Below, in pieces: positions 10,300-19,894 of a DNA stretch of 64,000 nt. The notes under the pieces are model-generated. The model searched no databases and had not been told where the DNA came from. It worked only from the letters and a program-made list of their open reading frames with translations. Within the stretch, counting starts at the first letter, position 1. Every line of letters begins with the position of its first letter. Origin of the DNA: an uncultured Rikenellaceae bacterium (GTDB lineage Bacteria > Bacteroidota > Bacteroidia > Bacteroidales > VadinHA17); NCBI GenBank assembly GCA_964642615.1, contig CAZXSW010000004.1:2210-66209 (forward strand). The letters are read 5' to 3'. A program made the translations under genes and the position numbers.

Positions 10300-10875
10300 A
10301 TGAGTTACAAAGGAGATATATTTTACATCGAACAAGTCCTTTGCGGAAAGACTGAAGCCTATTCCCTAATTATAGACAGGCATAAGGACAGAGGCTTCAA
10401 CCTGGCTTTCAGGATCTCGGGCAGCAGGGAAGATGCAGAAGAAATATTGCAGGATTCGTTTCTCAAGGCTTTCAACTCATTGAAAGGATTCAGGATGAAA
10501 AGCAGTTTCGCGACCTGGTTTTACAGGATAGTATATAATACAGCCGTCTCAAGGGTACGTTCGAGAAAAAACTCTCCTCTGTCGCTTGAAGAATTCCCGG
10601 CCGACTACATAGATTTTTTCGCCAAAGGCCAGACACAGGAAGATACTGAAAAGGAATACAGGGAATCTTTAATTAACTTTGCCCTTCAGAAGATAAGCGA
10701 GGAAGAAAGAGGCCTGATAACCCTGCACTATTATGAAGATCTCGACATCAGTGAGATCTCAGACATAACAGGGATAAGTAAGGCAAACATTAAGGTCAGG
10801 CTCTTCAGGGCCCGGCAGAAAATGATTCAGATAATTGCAAATGCAGAAAAGAAAAATCTTGTATTAAATGGATAA
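10300..10875 (+). CDS. ECF RNA polymerase sigma factor
   Basis: Region 2 (DAEEILQDSFLKAF, FATWFYRIVYN) and region 4 (EISDITGISKANIKVRLFRAR). Confidence 0.93.
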   Translation: MSYKGDIFYIEQVLCGKTEAYSLIIDRHKDRGFNLAFRISGSREDAEEILQDSFLKAFNSLKGFRMKSSFATWFYRIVYNTAVSRVRSRKNSPLSLEEFPADYIDFFAKGQTQEDTEKEYRESLINFALQKISEEERGLITLHYYEDLDISEISDITGISKANIKVRLFRARQKMIQIIANAEKKNLVLNG

Positions 10876-11287
10876 ACGGGACACATACAACGATGATTTT
10901 CTGAGGTCTTATATTGATCACGGAAAGATTGAGAAAGCTCCTGCTGAGTTCACTTCGGAAACCATGACAAGGATCCGTCTTGAAGCCACATCCTCTGAAT
11001 CAAATCGTGCGCAGGTCCGCAGATGGGTTGTTCCTGTACTTTCTGTCCTGGTAACAGCAGCACTTATTACAGCATCCCTTATTCTTATTCCCTCTGAGGA
11101 AGGAAGCAACCTGTTCTCCAGAATTCCCGACCTTATTCCTGATATAAGGATAGCACTTCCCGATCCCGACTTCGGGTTCATAAAAAACATCAATCTGCCC
11201 GGCTGGATGATTTACGGAACGGCCTGTATCTTTGTCCTGGCCTTTTTTGACAGGGCTTTATGGGGATTATTTCACAGAGAGAGATAA
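10868..11287 (+). CDS. Putative anti-sigma factor (membrane)
   Basis: Overlaps the sigma stop; short cytoplasmic N-terminus (KAPAEFTSETMTRI) then two TM helices. Confidence 0.65.
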   Translation: MDKRDTYNDDFLRSYIDHGKIEKAPAEFTSETMTRIRLEATSSESNRAQVRRWVVPVLSVLVTAALITASLILIPSEEGSNLFSRIPDLIPDIRIALPDPDFGFIKNINLPGWMIYGTACIFVLAFFDRALWGLFHRER

Positions 11288-11289
11288 GG

Positions 11290-11571
11290 TCAGTTGCCTG
11301 CTATTTCTACCCTGGAGGTCAGACCCTTAAAATTAAGGGAACGGCTCATGGCATGTAGCACCTCCCTTATTCCTAACTTGATTTCACAACTGCCCTTAAG
11401 ATGAACGATGAGGGCGCACTGTTCAGCCTGTACGGCATCGTGACCGCATACCTCGACCAGTGATTTGATTACATGATCAAAAGTATTTATCTCATCATTA
11501 TAGAGGACCAGCACACTTTTCTCTCCTCCATGCTTCAGTTTATCATCCCTATGTAGTGTTCTCTCTTTCAT
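11290..11571 (-). CDS. clpS: ATP-dependent Clp protease adaptor ClpS
   Basis: LVLYNDEINTFDHVIKSLVEVC, QAEQCALIVHLKG. Confidence 0.88.
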   Translation of the reverse strand: MKERTLHRDDKLKHGGEKSVLVLYNDEINTFDHVIKSLVEVCGHDAVQAEQCALIVHLKGSCEIKLGIREVLHAMSRSLNFKGLTSRVEIAGN

Positions 11572-13244
11572 TCAGTCATCTCAAAAAGCTGTTTTGCAGT
11601 CTCCACCGGAATTTCCCTTTTCCCAAGCCAGGCTGAAACCCTGGCATCACTGTAGCCGTTCCTTCTGAGCAGACCGGCATAATCTTCCGCGCTTTCAAAA
11701 GTAATAAATTTTCCTATCAGATATACTATCTTACCATCATCTGAATTGAGTATTTCAAAACCACTTTTCCCTGCCAGAACCCTGTATCCCTCAACCACAT
11801 CATCAGCAAGAGGTTTTTCAGATCTTGTGATGTCGACCCTGTACGACAGTTCAGGAGGAATATCCTCCCTGGGTGCTTCCACTTTCTCTTCAGCGCCTGC
11901 TGCAAAAGCAATATTTCCCCATTCTTTCTCAAGTACAGAAGCTCTTTCCTGCGATACCGGTTTCCCATCCATAAAGGCAACAACAAAGGCATCTTTAAGG
12001 CCTTCCTGCCTTACAAGTATAAGAGCCCTCTGGGCATCCGCAATCTTTCTGAAATAACCTGCGTAGTAATATGTTATGTCTGTTTCTTCAGCCCTGATCC
12101 CGTATACGGGATTTATTCCCCTGAACAGTGAAGGAGATACCGGATTCCTGAAGACAGCCATCTGAATCCTGTAAACCAGTCCCGGCGGAACCACCGGATT
12201 AATCTCAATGGTCTCCTCCGGACTGAAAACCCTGCCTGGGATTATCCCGAAGATAGCTGTACTGCCACTCTGTTCCTGGAGACTCTCATCCTGCTTTCCC
12301 TGAGCCTGGCTGTTAGTGGAAGATACTGAGGGAAGAACTACGGGTTTCAGGCTGTCAGTCCCGATTACTTTATTTTCAATTTCAGTCTCAGTCTGAGTAT
12401 TCCCCTCCAGGTCTGAGAAAATCCTGTCGGCTTCCTTCTGGTTAAGAGCGGAGGCCTTCTCTGCATCAGCCACCCGGGTATCGACTGTCAGGGGCACTCC
12501 AGCGGTCTTCTGACCAGGTTTTGCCCTGGAGTCAGAGACAATTCTCTGCAGTGAATCTGCCTTTGCCTGATAGTCAAAGGCATTTGACAACAACCTGTCG
12601 TCTCCTTCAGGCAAATATTCCCTGGGACCTTCGCGCCTCTGAGACGTCACAGCGCTTTCCTTACTGACTGCGGCTCCATCCCTGGCAACACCCGAATTCC
12701 GGGCAGCAGAACCCGTACCCTCAGCCATGATAGTCTCAAAACTTCTCATTCCCTCGTTATTCCTGCACTGTTTTATATACAATTCCGTATCACGCTCCCT
12801 GGCTTTCTTTCTTCCTGCCACATCAGAAAAAGTTTTGAATGCTATTATTGCCTCATCATATTCCCCCGACATCTGCCTGGCCCGTCCAAGATAGAACCAA
12901 CCGTCGTCAGGAACACTCTTTATACCCCTCGCTCCATCCATGGCTTCAGTCAACAGTAATGAAGCCGTGTGGGTTTCCTGCTCAAGCATCACCAGTGAAG
13001 CACCATAATAGTATTTATACAGAGGGTCAGCCGGATATACCTTTAACAGTTGTCCGAAGTCATCAAGTGCCTGTACAAAATCACCTTTGGAAAACGCCCC
13101 GGTTGCTCTGGCCTTAATCTTTGCTCCGCTTTCAGGCTGCGAATAAAGACCAGCGCTGAAGAGAAAAGCCAGAGCAATCGCAGAAAGGAAGCTGGCAGGC
13201 TTCAAAGGAGAGATTCCTTGTTTAATTCCTGGCTTTTTAATCAT
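11568..13244 (-). CDS. Secreted TPR protein with C-terminal SPOR-like domains
   Basis: Signal peptide from probable ATG 13244 (track start 13337); TPR helices (YKYYYGASLV, WFYLGRARQMSGEY); YRIQMAVF...DAFVVAF SPOR-like repeats. Confidence 0.65.
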   Translation of the reverse strand: MIKKPGIKQGISPLKPASFLSAIALAFLFSAGLYSQPESGAKIKARATGAFSKGDFVQALDDFGQLLKVYPADPLYKYYYGASLVMLEQETHTASLLLTEAMDGARGIKSVPDDGWFYLGRARQMSGEYDEAIIAFKTFSDVAGRKKARERDTELYIKQCRNNEGMRSFETIMAEGTGSAARNSGVARDGAAVSKESAVTSQRREGPREYLPEGDDRLLSNAFDYQAKADSLQRIVSDSRAKPGQKTAGVPLTVDTRVADAEKASALNQKEADRIFSDLEGNTQTETEIENKVIGTDSLKPVVLPSVSSTNSQAQGKQDESLQEQSGSTAIFGIIPGRVFSPEETIEINPVVPPGLVYRIQMAVFRNPVSPSLFRGINPVYGIRAEETDITYYYAGYFRKIADAQRALILVRQEGLKDAFVVAFMDGKPVSQERASVLEKEWGNIAFAAGAEEKVEAPREDIPPELSYRVDITRSEKPLADDVVEGYRVLAGKSGFEILNSDDGKIVYLIGKFITFESAEDYAGLLRRNGYSDARVSAWLGKREIPVETAKQLFEMTE

Positions 13245-13378
13245 CTTATTGTCAGTATGTTTATTTTTTATATACCAGATCCGCGCAGCTTGTTTTGTTA
13301 ATAATAATTGCAAATCCCCTGCCGTAATACGATTCAAACTTCGTAAATTTACCCTTAATTACAAAATCATATAATTAT

Positions 13379-13840
13379 ATGGACCAGCTAAAGGAAGGAA
13401 TGAAAGCCCCCGACTTCGCGGGAGTGGACCAGAATGGCAATACTGTCAGCCTGAAAGATTTCAATGGCAGGAAGCTTGTACTCTATTTTTACCCCAAAGA
13501 CAACACCCCGGGTTGCACAGCTGAGGCATGCAATCTGAGGGATAATCATGACGGGTTCCTTGAAAAGGGATTTGCAGTTGTGGGTGTCAGCATGGATTCT
13601 GAAAAATCGCATAAAAGCTTTGCGCAGAAATATTCTCTCCCCTTCCCCCTGATAGCCGATACCACAAAAAAAATAACAGATGCATACGGGGTCTGGAAAG
13701 AGAAAAAGCTTTATGGAAAGACATTTTTAGGGATCGCCAGAACAACCTTTGTAATTGATGAAAAAGGGAATATTGAGAAAATTATATCAAAAGTCGATAC
13801 AAAGGACCATTCGGAACAGATCTTCGGATTGTACAAATAA
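13379..13840 (+). CDS. bcp: Thioredoxin-dependent peroxiredoxin Bcp
   Basis: YFYPKDNTPGCTAEAC. Confidence 0.93.
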   Translation: MDQLKEGMKAPDFAGVDQNGNTVSLKDFNGRKLVLYFYPKDNTPGCTAEACNLRDNHDGFLEKGFAVVGVSMDSEKSHKSFAQKYSLPFPLIADTTKKITDAYGVWKEKKLYGKTFLGIARTTFVIDEKGNIEKIISKVDTKDHSEQIFGLYK

Positions 13841-13854
13841 ATAACTGAGCTGAT

Positions 13855-14865
13855 ATGAGCAACGAAAGAAAAGAAATCAATAAGGAAAAACTTAAGGCAC
13901 TTGAAGTAACCCTTGGGAAAATTGAAAAAGATTTTGGCAAGGGCACAATAATGAAACTCGGCGACCAGGCTGTTGATAATGTTCAGGTTATCTCAACCGG
14001 ATCAATAAGTCTTGATGCCGCCCTGGGGATAGGTGGAATCCCACGGGGAAGGGTGATCGAGATCTACGGACCGGAGGCATCGGGTAAAACGACGCTGGCC
14101 ATTCATGCCATTGCCGAAGCCCAGAAGAACGGGGGCATAGCTGCAATAATTGACGCTGAACACACTTTCGACAGGAATTATGCCGAAAAACTCGGTGTCG
14201 ATGTCGGTAACCTTCTTATCTCCCAGCCCGACAATGGCGAACAGGCACTTGAAATTACTGATAACCTGATACGTTCGGGAGCGCTCGATATAATTGTCAT
14301 CGACTCAGTGGCCGCCCTTACTCCTAAGGCAGAGATCGAAGGTGAGATGGGTGACTCGAAAATGGGACTCCAGGCACGACTAATGTCGCAGGCTCTGAGA
14401 AAACTGACGGCTAACATCAACAAAACAAATACCTCATGTGTCTTTATCAACCAGCTAAGGGACAAGATCGGTGTTATGTTCGGCAATCCCGAGACCACTA
14501 CAGGAGGCAATGCCCTTAAATTCTATGCATCGGTAAGGCTCGATATAAGAAGGACAAGCCAGATTAAGGACGGAGAAGAGATAACAGGCAGCAGGACGAG
14601 GGTTAAGATAGTTAAGAATAAACTTGCACCGCCTTTCAGGAAAGCTGATTTTGATATACTTTATGGCGAAGGAATTTCGCAGCTTGGTGAAATAGTAGAC
14701 CTTGGTGTTGACTTCAACATCATAAAGAAAAGCGGGTCGTGGTTCAGCTATGGAGAGACCAGGCTGGCCCAGGGAAGGGATGCCGTTAAGCAGGTCCTGA
14801 AGGATAACCCTGAACTTTATGATGAGCTGAAAACCAAAGTCTCTGAAGCTCTTAAGAAACAATGA
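13855..14865 (+). CDS. recA: Recombinase RecA
   Basis: [51 protein letters not shown]. Confidence 0.99.
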   Translation: MSNERKEINKEKLKALEVTLGKIEKDFGKGTIMKLGDQAVDNVQVISTGSISLDAALGIGGIPRGRVIEIYGPEASGKTTLAIHAIAEAQKNGGIAAIIDAEHTFDRNYAEKLGVDVGNLLISQPDNGEQALEITDNLIRSGALDIIVIDSVAALTPKAEIEGEMGDSKMGLQARLMSQALRKLTANINKTNTSCVFINQLRDKIGVMFGNPETTTGGNALKFYASVRLDIRRTSQIKDGEEITGSRTRVKIVKNKLAPPFRKADFDILYGEGISQLGEIVDLGVDFNIIKKSGSWFSYGETRLAQGRDAVKQVLKDNPELYDELKTKVSEALKKQ

Positions 14866-14892
14866 TCCGGTAAGGTCCGGATATTTATTACT

Positions 14893-14939
14893 AACCCGCG
14901 GGGAAGAAGATACGTTTTCTGCTTTCCCTCCGGGTTTTT
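14893..14939 (+). terminator. Probable intrinsic terminator of bcp-recA
   Basis: Imperfect stem AACCCG..GGGAAG / CTTTCCC..CGGGTT followed by Ts. Confidence 0.5.
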
Positions 14940-14988
14940 CCTGATATAGTCAGCCGGTAAAATTACAGTAGAAGCAAAATACCTGATT

Positions 14989-17049
14989 ATGGAAAAGAAG
15001 CTTGCCATCCTCGTGATGTTCATCATCCTGTTATCTTCATGCAAAACCAAGGATAAGCCTGAAGAGGTAACAGGTTCTCCGGAGATTAACAACGAACTCA
15101 CCGGGGCAGAAAAAGAAGCAGGTCTGATGACACCAGAAATAATGTGGAAATTCGGGAGACTTGGCTCTTTTGCCTTATCGCCCGACGGGAAAACAGTGCT
15201 TTATACTGTAACGCGCACCGACCTGGCAACCGAAAAATCGCTTACCGAAATCTTCAGCCTTAATACTGAGGGCGGCGACCCGGTGAAACTGACTGACGGA
15301 GGAGGCAGCTCACCGCAGTGGTTTGAGGAGGGAAAGAAGATCGCATTTGTCAGGGAAGGCTTGCTTATGACGATGAATGCCGATGGCTCGGACAAAGCAG
15401 AGATAGGTGGCCTTGAGGACTTTGAAAGCTTCAGCATATCTCCTTCAGGCAAAAAGATCTTCTTCAGCCGCAGGGTAAAGATCGATCAGACGGCTAATGA
15501 AAAACACGGATTCGAAGAAGCAAGGGTCAGGATAATAAACGATCTTATGTACCGTCACTGGAATTCATGGAGCGATTATTCATACAGCCACATCTTCGTG
15601 GCTTCCTTCAACGGGGGAACCGTTACCGGTGAAAAGGATATCATGGAAGGTCAGAGGTTCAACTCCCCCACGGCACCCTATTATGATGAATCGGAGATTG
15701 CGTGGAGTCCCGACAGCAGGCACCTGGCCTATACTGTAAAAAAGCTTTATGGCCGTGATGATGCTGTAAGCACAAACACCGACATCATTCTTCACGAGAT
15801 CTCTTCAGGCAAAGAAGTAAACATAAGTGAGGGCAACCGGGGTTATGACAAATATCCGGTGTTTTCACCTGATGGGACCAAAATCGCATACCTGAGCATG
15901 GAACGCGATGGGTATGAATCGGACCTTGACAGGATATTTGTTTACGACCGCGAATCAGGCAGCAGAACATGGGTCTCCAGGGGCTGGGATTTTGATGCAG
16001 AGAACCTGGTATGGTCCGGCAACAGCACTCTTTACTTCACATCTGCCTATCTGGGTACTTCCCAGATCTTCAGGATAAACATTTCAGACAACAGGGTTGA
16101 TAAAGTAACCGAAGGGAAACATGATCTTGGTCCAATCCGGATAAACTCAGGAACCCTTGTCACAGGTATCATGTCGATGTCGATGGCTCCTGAGCTGGCC
16201 GCTGTGGATCCGGTATCGGGTACCATAAGGCAGGTGAGTTCAATTAACGGGGAAATTTACAGGCATATCCGTATGGGCAGATCTGAAGAGAAATATATAA
16301 AGACACGTGACAATAAGGATCTTCAGATGTGGATAGTCTATCCTCCTGATTTTGATCCTTCAGTAAGGTACCCTGCTCTGGTTTTCTGTAACGGAGGCCC
16401 TCAGTCTTCGCTGGGGCAGTTCTGGTCGTACCGCTGGAACTTCCAGATGATGGCGGCAAAAGGGTATATAGTAATAGCTCCCAACCGCAGGGGAAACAAA
16501 GGCTTCGGGCAGGCATGGAAGGAGCAGATATCGGGGGACTATGGTGGTGCCAATATCCAGGATTATCTTGATGCCACCGATGTCATGGCAAAGGAGAAGT
16601 ATATAGACAGTGAGAGGATGGGTGCCATTGGTGCCAGTTACGGAGGTTACTCGGTATTCTATCTGGCCGGAGCTCATGCCGGAAGGTACAAAGCTTTTAT
16701 TGCTCATTGCGGCATGTTCAACTTCACAAGCTGGTACGGAACAACCGAGGAGCTATGGTTTCCGGACAAGGACATTGAGGGCCCTTACTGGAACGGCCCG
16801 AGGAGTTATTTATACTCTCCTCACCTGAAAGCTGATGAATGGGATACTCCCATTTTGATTATAACAGGGGCAAATGATTTCCGGATTCCGTATACACAGA
16901 GCCTTGAAGCCTTTCAGGCTGCCCAGCTTAACAACATACCAAGCCGTCTGCTATTCTTTGAGAACGAGACACATTTTGTTCTCAGGCCGCAGAACTCAGT
17001 TATCTGGCAGCGCGAATTCTTCGAATGGCTCGACTCGTATATGCAATAG
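14989..17049 (+). CDS. S9 family serine peptidase (dipeptidyl-peptidase 5-like) lipoprotein
   Basis: Lipobox LSSC; beta-propeller (FSPDG repeats); GGPQS, GASYGG (Ser), NDFRIP (Asp), ETHFV (His). Confidence 0.92.
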   Translation: MEKKLAILVMFIILLSSCKTKDKPEEVTGSPEINNELTGAEKEAGLMTPEIMWKFGRLGSFALSPDGKTVLYTVTRTDLATEKSLTEIFSLNTEGGDPVKLTDGGGSSPQWFEEGKKIAFVREGLLMTMNADGSDKAEIGGLEDFESFSISPSGKKIFFSRRVKIDQTANEKHGFEEARVRIINDLMYRHWNSWSDYSYSHIFVASFNGGTVTGEKDIMEGQRFNSPTAPYYDESEIAWSPDSRHLAYTVKKLYGRDDAVSTNTDIILHEISSGKEVNISEGNRGYDKYPVFSPDGTKIAYLSMERDGYESDLDRIFVYDRESGSRTWVSRGWDFDAENLVWSGNSTLYFTSAYLGTSQIFRINISDNRVDKVTEGKHDLGPIRINSGTLVTGIMSMSMAPELAAVDPVSGTIRQVSSINGEIYRHIRMGRSEEKYIKTRDNKDLQMWIVYPPDFDPSVRYPALVFCNGGPQSSLGQFWSYRWNFQMMAAKGYIVIAPNRRGNKGFGQAWKEQISGDYGGANIQDYLDATDVMAKEKYIDSERMGAIGASYGGYSVFYLAGAHAGRYKAFIAHCGMFNFTSWYGTTEELWFPDKDIEGPYWNGPRSYLYSPHLKADEWDTPILIITGANDFRIPYTQSLEAFQAAQLNNIPSRLLFFENETHFVLRPQNSVIWQREFFEWLDSYMQ

Positions 17050-17050
17050 A

Positions 17051-17986
17051 TCAGCCTTTTCGGAGCAGATCCATTATCTGCTGCTTCTTCTGCTCTGCTG
17101 GCAGGGTCGCATCGATCCAGTGAATGACGGTTCCTTTTCGTTCCATACCTCTGAACCATGTCATCTGACGTTTGGCAAACTGATGAATAGCTATCTCCAG
17201 TTCTGACACCATCCTGTCATATGACATCTTCCCTGTCAGGTACAGAGTTATGTACTTATATTCTAGGCCATAATAAATTAGTGTCTCCGGATCGAGTCCG
17301 CCCTCCAGAAGCCTCCTTACTTCATCTATCATTCCTGTCTCCAGCCTCTGCCTGAGTCTCTCACTTATCCTTTTCCTCCTTGTCTCCCTGTCTGGATTGA
17401 CCCCGGTAATAAGTGCTTTCATGCCCGGGAAGTGTGTCGGCTGCCCCCCTTCCTTTCTCTGAAAAAGCTCTATCTCAATAGCCCTTATTGCACGTTTCTT
17501 TGTATCCGTGTCGGTAACATTATGAAGTTTCCTGAACCCGGCAAGCATCTCAGTCAGCTCTTTCAGATTTTTTGTTTCAAGTTCAGCCCTGAGCTGTGGG
17601 TCGGGAGGCACTTCAAACATACGGTAAGCTGAGACGATACTGTCGACATACAATCCCGACCCTCCGCACACCACCGGAAATATACCCCTGCTCTTCAGGT
17701 CGTGAGCTACCCGCAGAAAATCGCGCTGGTACTCGAAAACGTTATACTTGTACCCGGGCTCTGCAATATCTATAAGATGGTATGGAATCTTATGGCCGTC
17801 CACTATATAATCATCGTAGTCTTTACCTGTGCCCAGATCCATACCTCTGTATACCTGCCGCGAATCGGCACTTATGATTTCAGCCCCCAGTTCCAGTGCC
17901 ACAGAAGCGGCAAGAGCTGTTTTCCCGGAAGCAGTGGGCCCCGTAACTACAAGTAAATCATATTTTAATTTGTTTTCATCCGCCAT
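17051..17986 (-). CDS. miaA: tRNA dimethylallyltransferase
   Basis: GPTASGKT, ISADSRQVYRGMDLGTGK, GGSGLY, QFAKRQMTWFR. Confidence 0.95.
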   Translation of the reverse strand: MADENKLKYDLLVVTGPTASGKTALAASVALELGAEIISADSRQVYRGMDLGTGKDYDDYIVDGHKIPYHLIDIAEPGYKYNVFEYQRDFLRVAHDLKSRGIFPVVCGGSGLYVDSIVSAYRMFEVPPDPQLRAELETKNLKELTEMLAGFRKLHNVTDTDTKKRAIRAIEIELFQRKEGGQPTHFPGMKALITGVNPDRETRRKRISERLRQRLETGMIDEVRRLLEGGLDPETLIYYGLEYKYITLYLTGKMSYDRMVSELEIAIHQFAKRQMTWFRGMERKGTVIHWIDATLPAEQKKQQIMDLLRKG

Positions 17987-18060
17987 TGGGGAATGATTTG
18001 ATATTAATCAGTAAGTTACCATAAAATTACTTATTTTTGCGGCACCTTTATAATACTACA

Positions 18061-18642
18061 ATGGATTACAGGTTTTTATACAGGAGACTTAAAAATCTGA
18101 CTACCGATCCGGTCAGAGAATGGATTTCAATTATGGCCGGCGACAAACCTGTCGGCGATATAAACCTCCTTTTCCTCCTTCCTCTGGTCATCATGGCTTC
18201 AGTTGCAGCATTTCTGGGGACTCTGTTTTTTACACATTCCGGACTGAATCTGCTGTATGCGGTTCTTGCAGGTGTTAAGACATTCATCCTTTACTACACT
18301 GTGGTATACGCCTTTACATATCTCTTCAACCTTGTAGCAGGTTACCTGGATGTAGAAAAAGACCACAACTTTGCCTTCAGGCTTATAGTATATTCAATAA
18401 GTCCGCTTCTTGTATGCCAGATAATCAGTCAGTTATTTGAATCACTTATTTTCGTAAACATACTTGCCTTTTATGGCTTTTACTTCTGCTGGGCCGGTCT
18501 TTTATCCTATCCCGGTCTGAGTGATAAAAAAAGAATTCAGCTCTTTATTGTTTCATCAATACTGTTTGTGGTCCTATTCTTTGGTGCGAGCCGTATTCTG
18601 TCAACTGTTTCGGACACAATTTATTTCACACTCTTCAGCTGA
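18061..18642 (+). CDS. Yip1-domain membrane protein
   Basis: About five TM helices; LIVYSISPLLV pattern typical of bacterial YIP1 proteins. Confidence 0.65.
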   Translation: MDYRFLYRRLKNLTTDPVREWISIMAGDKPVGDINLLFLLPLVIMASVAAFLGTLFFTHSGLNLLYAVLAGVKTFILYYTVVYAFTYLFNLVAGYLDVEKDHNFAFRLIVYSISPLLVCQIISQLFESLIFVNILAFYGFYFCWAGLLSYPGLSDKKRIQLFIVSSILFVVLFFGASRILSTVSDTIYFTLFS

Positions 18643-18651
18643 AATATACTG

Positions 18652-19110
18652 ATGAAAGGAAGCACATCAGATATAGTAATCAAAAACCGGAAGGCCTCGC
18701 ACGACTATGAATTTCTTGAGAAGTACGTTGCGGGAATAAAGCTGTCGGGGACAGAGATAAAATCAATACGGATGGGGAAAGCGGCACTTTCCGACTCGTA
18801 TTGCTTTTTCAGTGGAGGCGAGCTGTTCCTAAAAGGCATGCACATTTCAGAGTACTGGTGGGGAAATCTCAACAACCACGATCCGATACGCGACAGGAAG
18901 CTTCTTCTTAAATCAAGGGAACTCCGCAAGATAGAAAGGAAGGTAAAGGAAAGCGGCCTGACCATCATAGTGATAAAAGTATTTATCAATGAAAGGGGCT
19001 TTGCCAAAGCTGAGATAGCGATTGCAAAGGGTAAGAAGGAATATGATAAGCGCGAGACCCTTAAACGGAAGGATGCCTCGCGCGAAATGGACCGGATAAG
19101 GAAAAAATGA
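18652..19110 (+). CDS. smpB: SsrA-binding protein SmpB
   Basis: NRKASHDY, GIKLSGTEIKSIR, RDRKLLL, KGKKEYDKRE. Confidence 0.97.
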   Translation: MKGSTSDIVIKNRKASHDYEFLEKYVAGIKLSGTEIKSIRMGKAALSDSYCFFSGGELFLKGMHISEYWWGNLNNHDPIRDRKLLLKSRELRKIERKVKESGLTIIVIKVFINERGFAKAEIAIAKGKKEYDKRETLKRKDASREMDRIRKK

Positions 19111-19155
19111 ATCTGCTTTCTCCTTCCTGTTTTCAGCCTGCACTTTTTGTGGTTG

Positions 19156-19869
19156 TCAGAAATTCGGACTTAGAAGATACCTCGAGTAAAACTGTACAAT
19201 AGTTTCAACAGCTTCATCAGAAGTCTCAACTACCGTAAACAGGTCCATATCTTCGGGTGAAATATTTTTTTCCTCCTCCAGCATCTCTTCTTTTATCCAT
19301 TTGATAAGACCGCTCCAATATTTTTTTCCAACAAGGATAATAGGAAACTTACCTATCTTCCTTGTCTGGATAAGTGTCATAGCCTCAAATAATTCGTCGA
19401 AGGTGCCGAATCCGCCCGGAAGCACAATAAATCCCTGGGCATATTTCATAAACATTACTTTTCTTACGAAGAAATGATCAAATGTGATAAGTTTGTCAGG
19501 ATCAATATAGAAGTTTGGTCTCTGCTCAAATGGAAGGTCGATGTTGATGCCCACTGACTTGCCGTTCCCTCTTTTAGCGCCCTTGTTAGCAGCTTCCATG
19601 ATCCCCGGTCCGCCACCTGTAATGACTCCATAGCCATTCTGAGTGAGCTTGAAGGCTATATCTTCAGCCAGGCGGTAGTATTTGTCGTTGTAGTGTGTCC
19701 GTGCTGAACCGAAGATTGAAACGCAGGGTCCGATCCTTGCCAGTTTTTCAAAGCCTTCCACTAATTCAGATAGTATTTTAAAAACCCTCCAGGAATCAGT
19801 TATATGAATTTCCTGCCAGGTCTTCTGGTCAAATGCATCTTTAATAAGATCTGCCGGTTTTTCCATCAT
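19156..19869 (-). CDS. LOG family (TIGR00730-type) nucleotide monophosphate nucleosidase
   Basis: VSIFGSAR, ITGGGPGIMEAAN, FFVRKVMF, PGGFGTFDE; likely start 19869 (track 19908). Confidence 0.9.
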   Translation of the reverse strand: MMEKPADLIKDAFDQKTWQEIHITDSWRVFKILSELVEGFEKLARIGPCVSIFGSARTHYNDKYYRLAEDIAFKLTQNGYGVITGGGPGIMEAANKGAKRGNGKSVGINIDLPFEQRPNFYIDPDKLITFDHFFVRKVMFMKYAQGFIVLPGGFGTFDELFEAMTLIQTRKIGKFPIILVGKKYWSGLIKWIKEEMLEEEKNISPEDMDLFTVVETSDEAVETIVQFYSRYLLSPNF

Positions 19870-19894
19870 TAAAAAATTTAATTTCCAAATATAA

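Noticed and set aside
13841-13855. SOS/LexA box upstream of recA or uvrA
   Set aside because: Both genes are operon-internal with almost no intergenic DNA; no palindrome is visible.
19111-19155. tmRNA or tRNA near smpB
   Set aside because: The gap is 45 nt, and no cloverleaf or tmRNA features were seen in any intergenic region.
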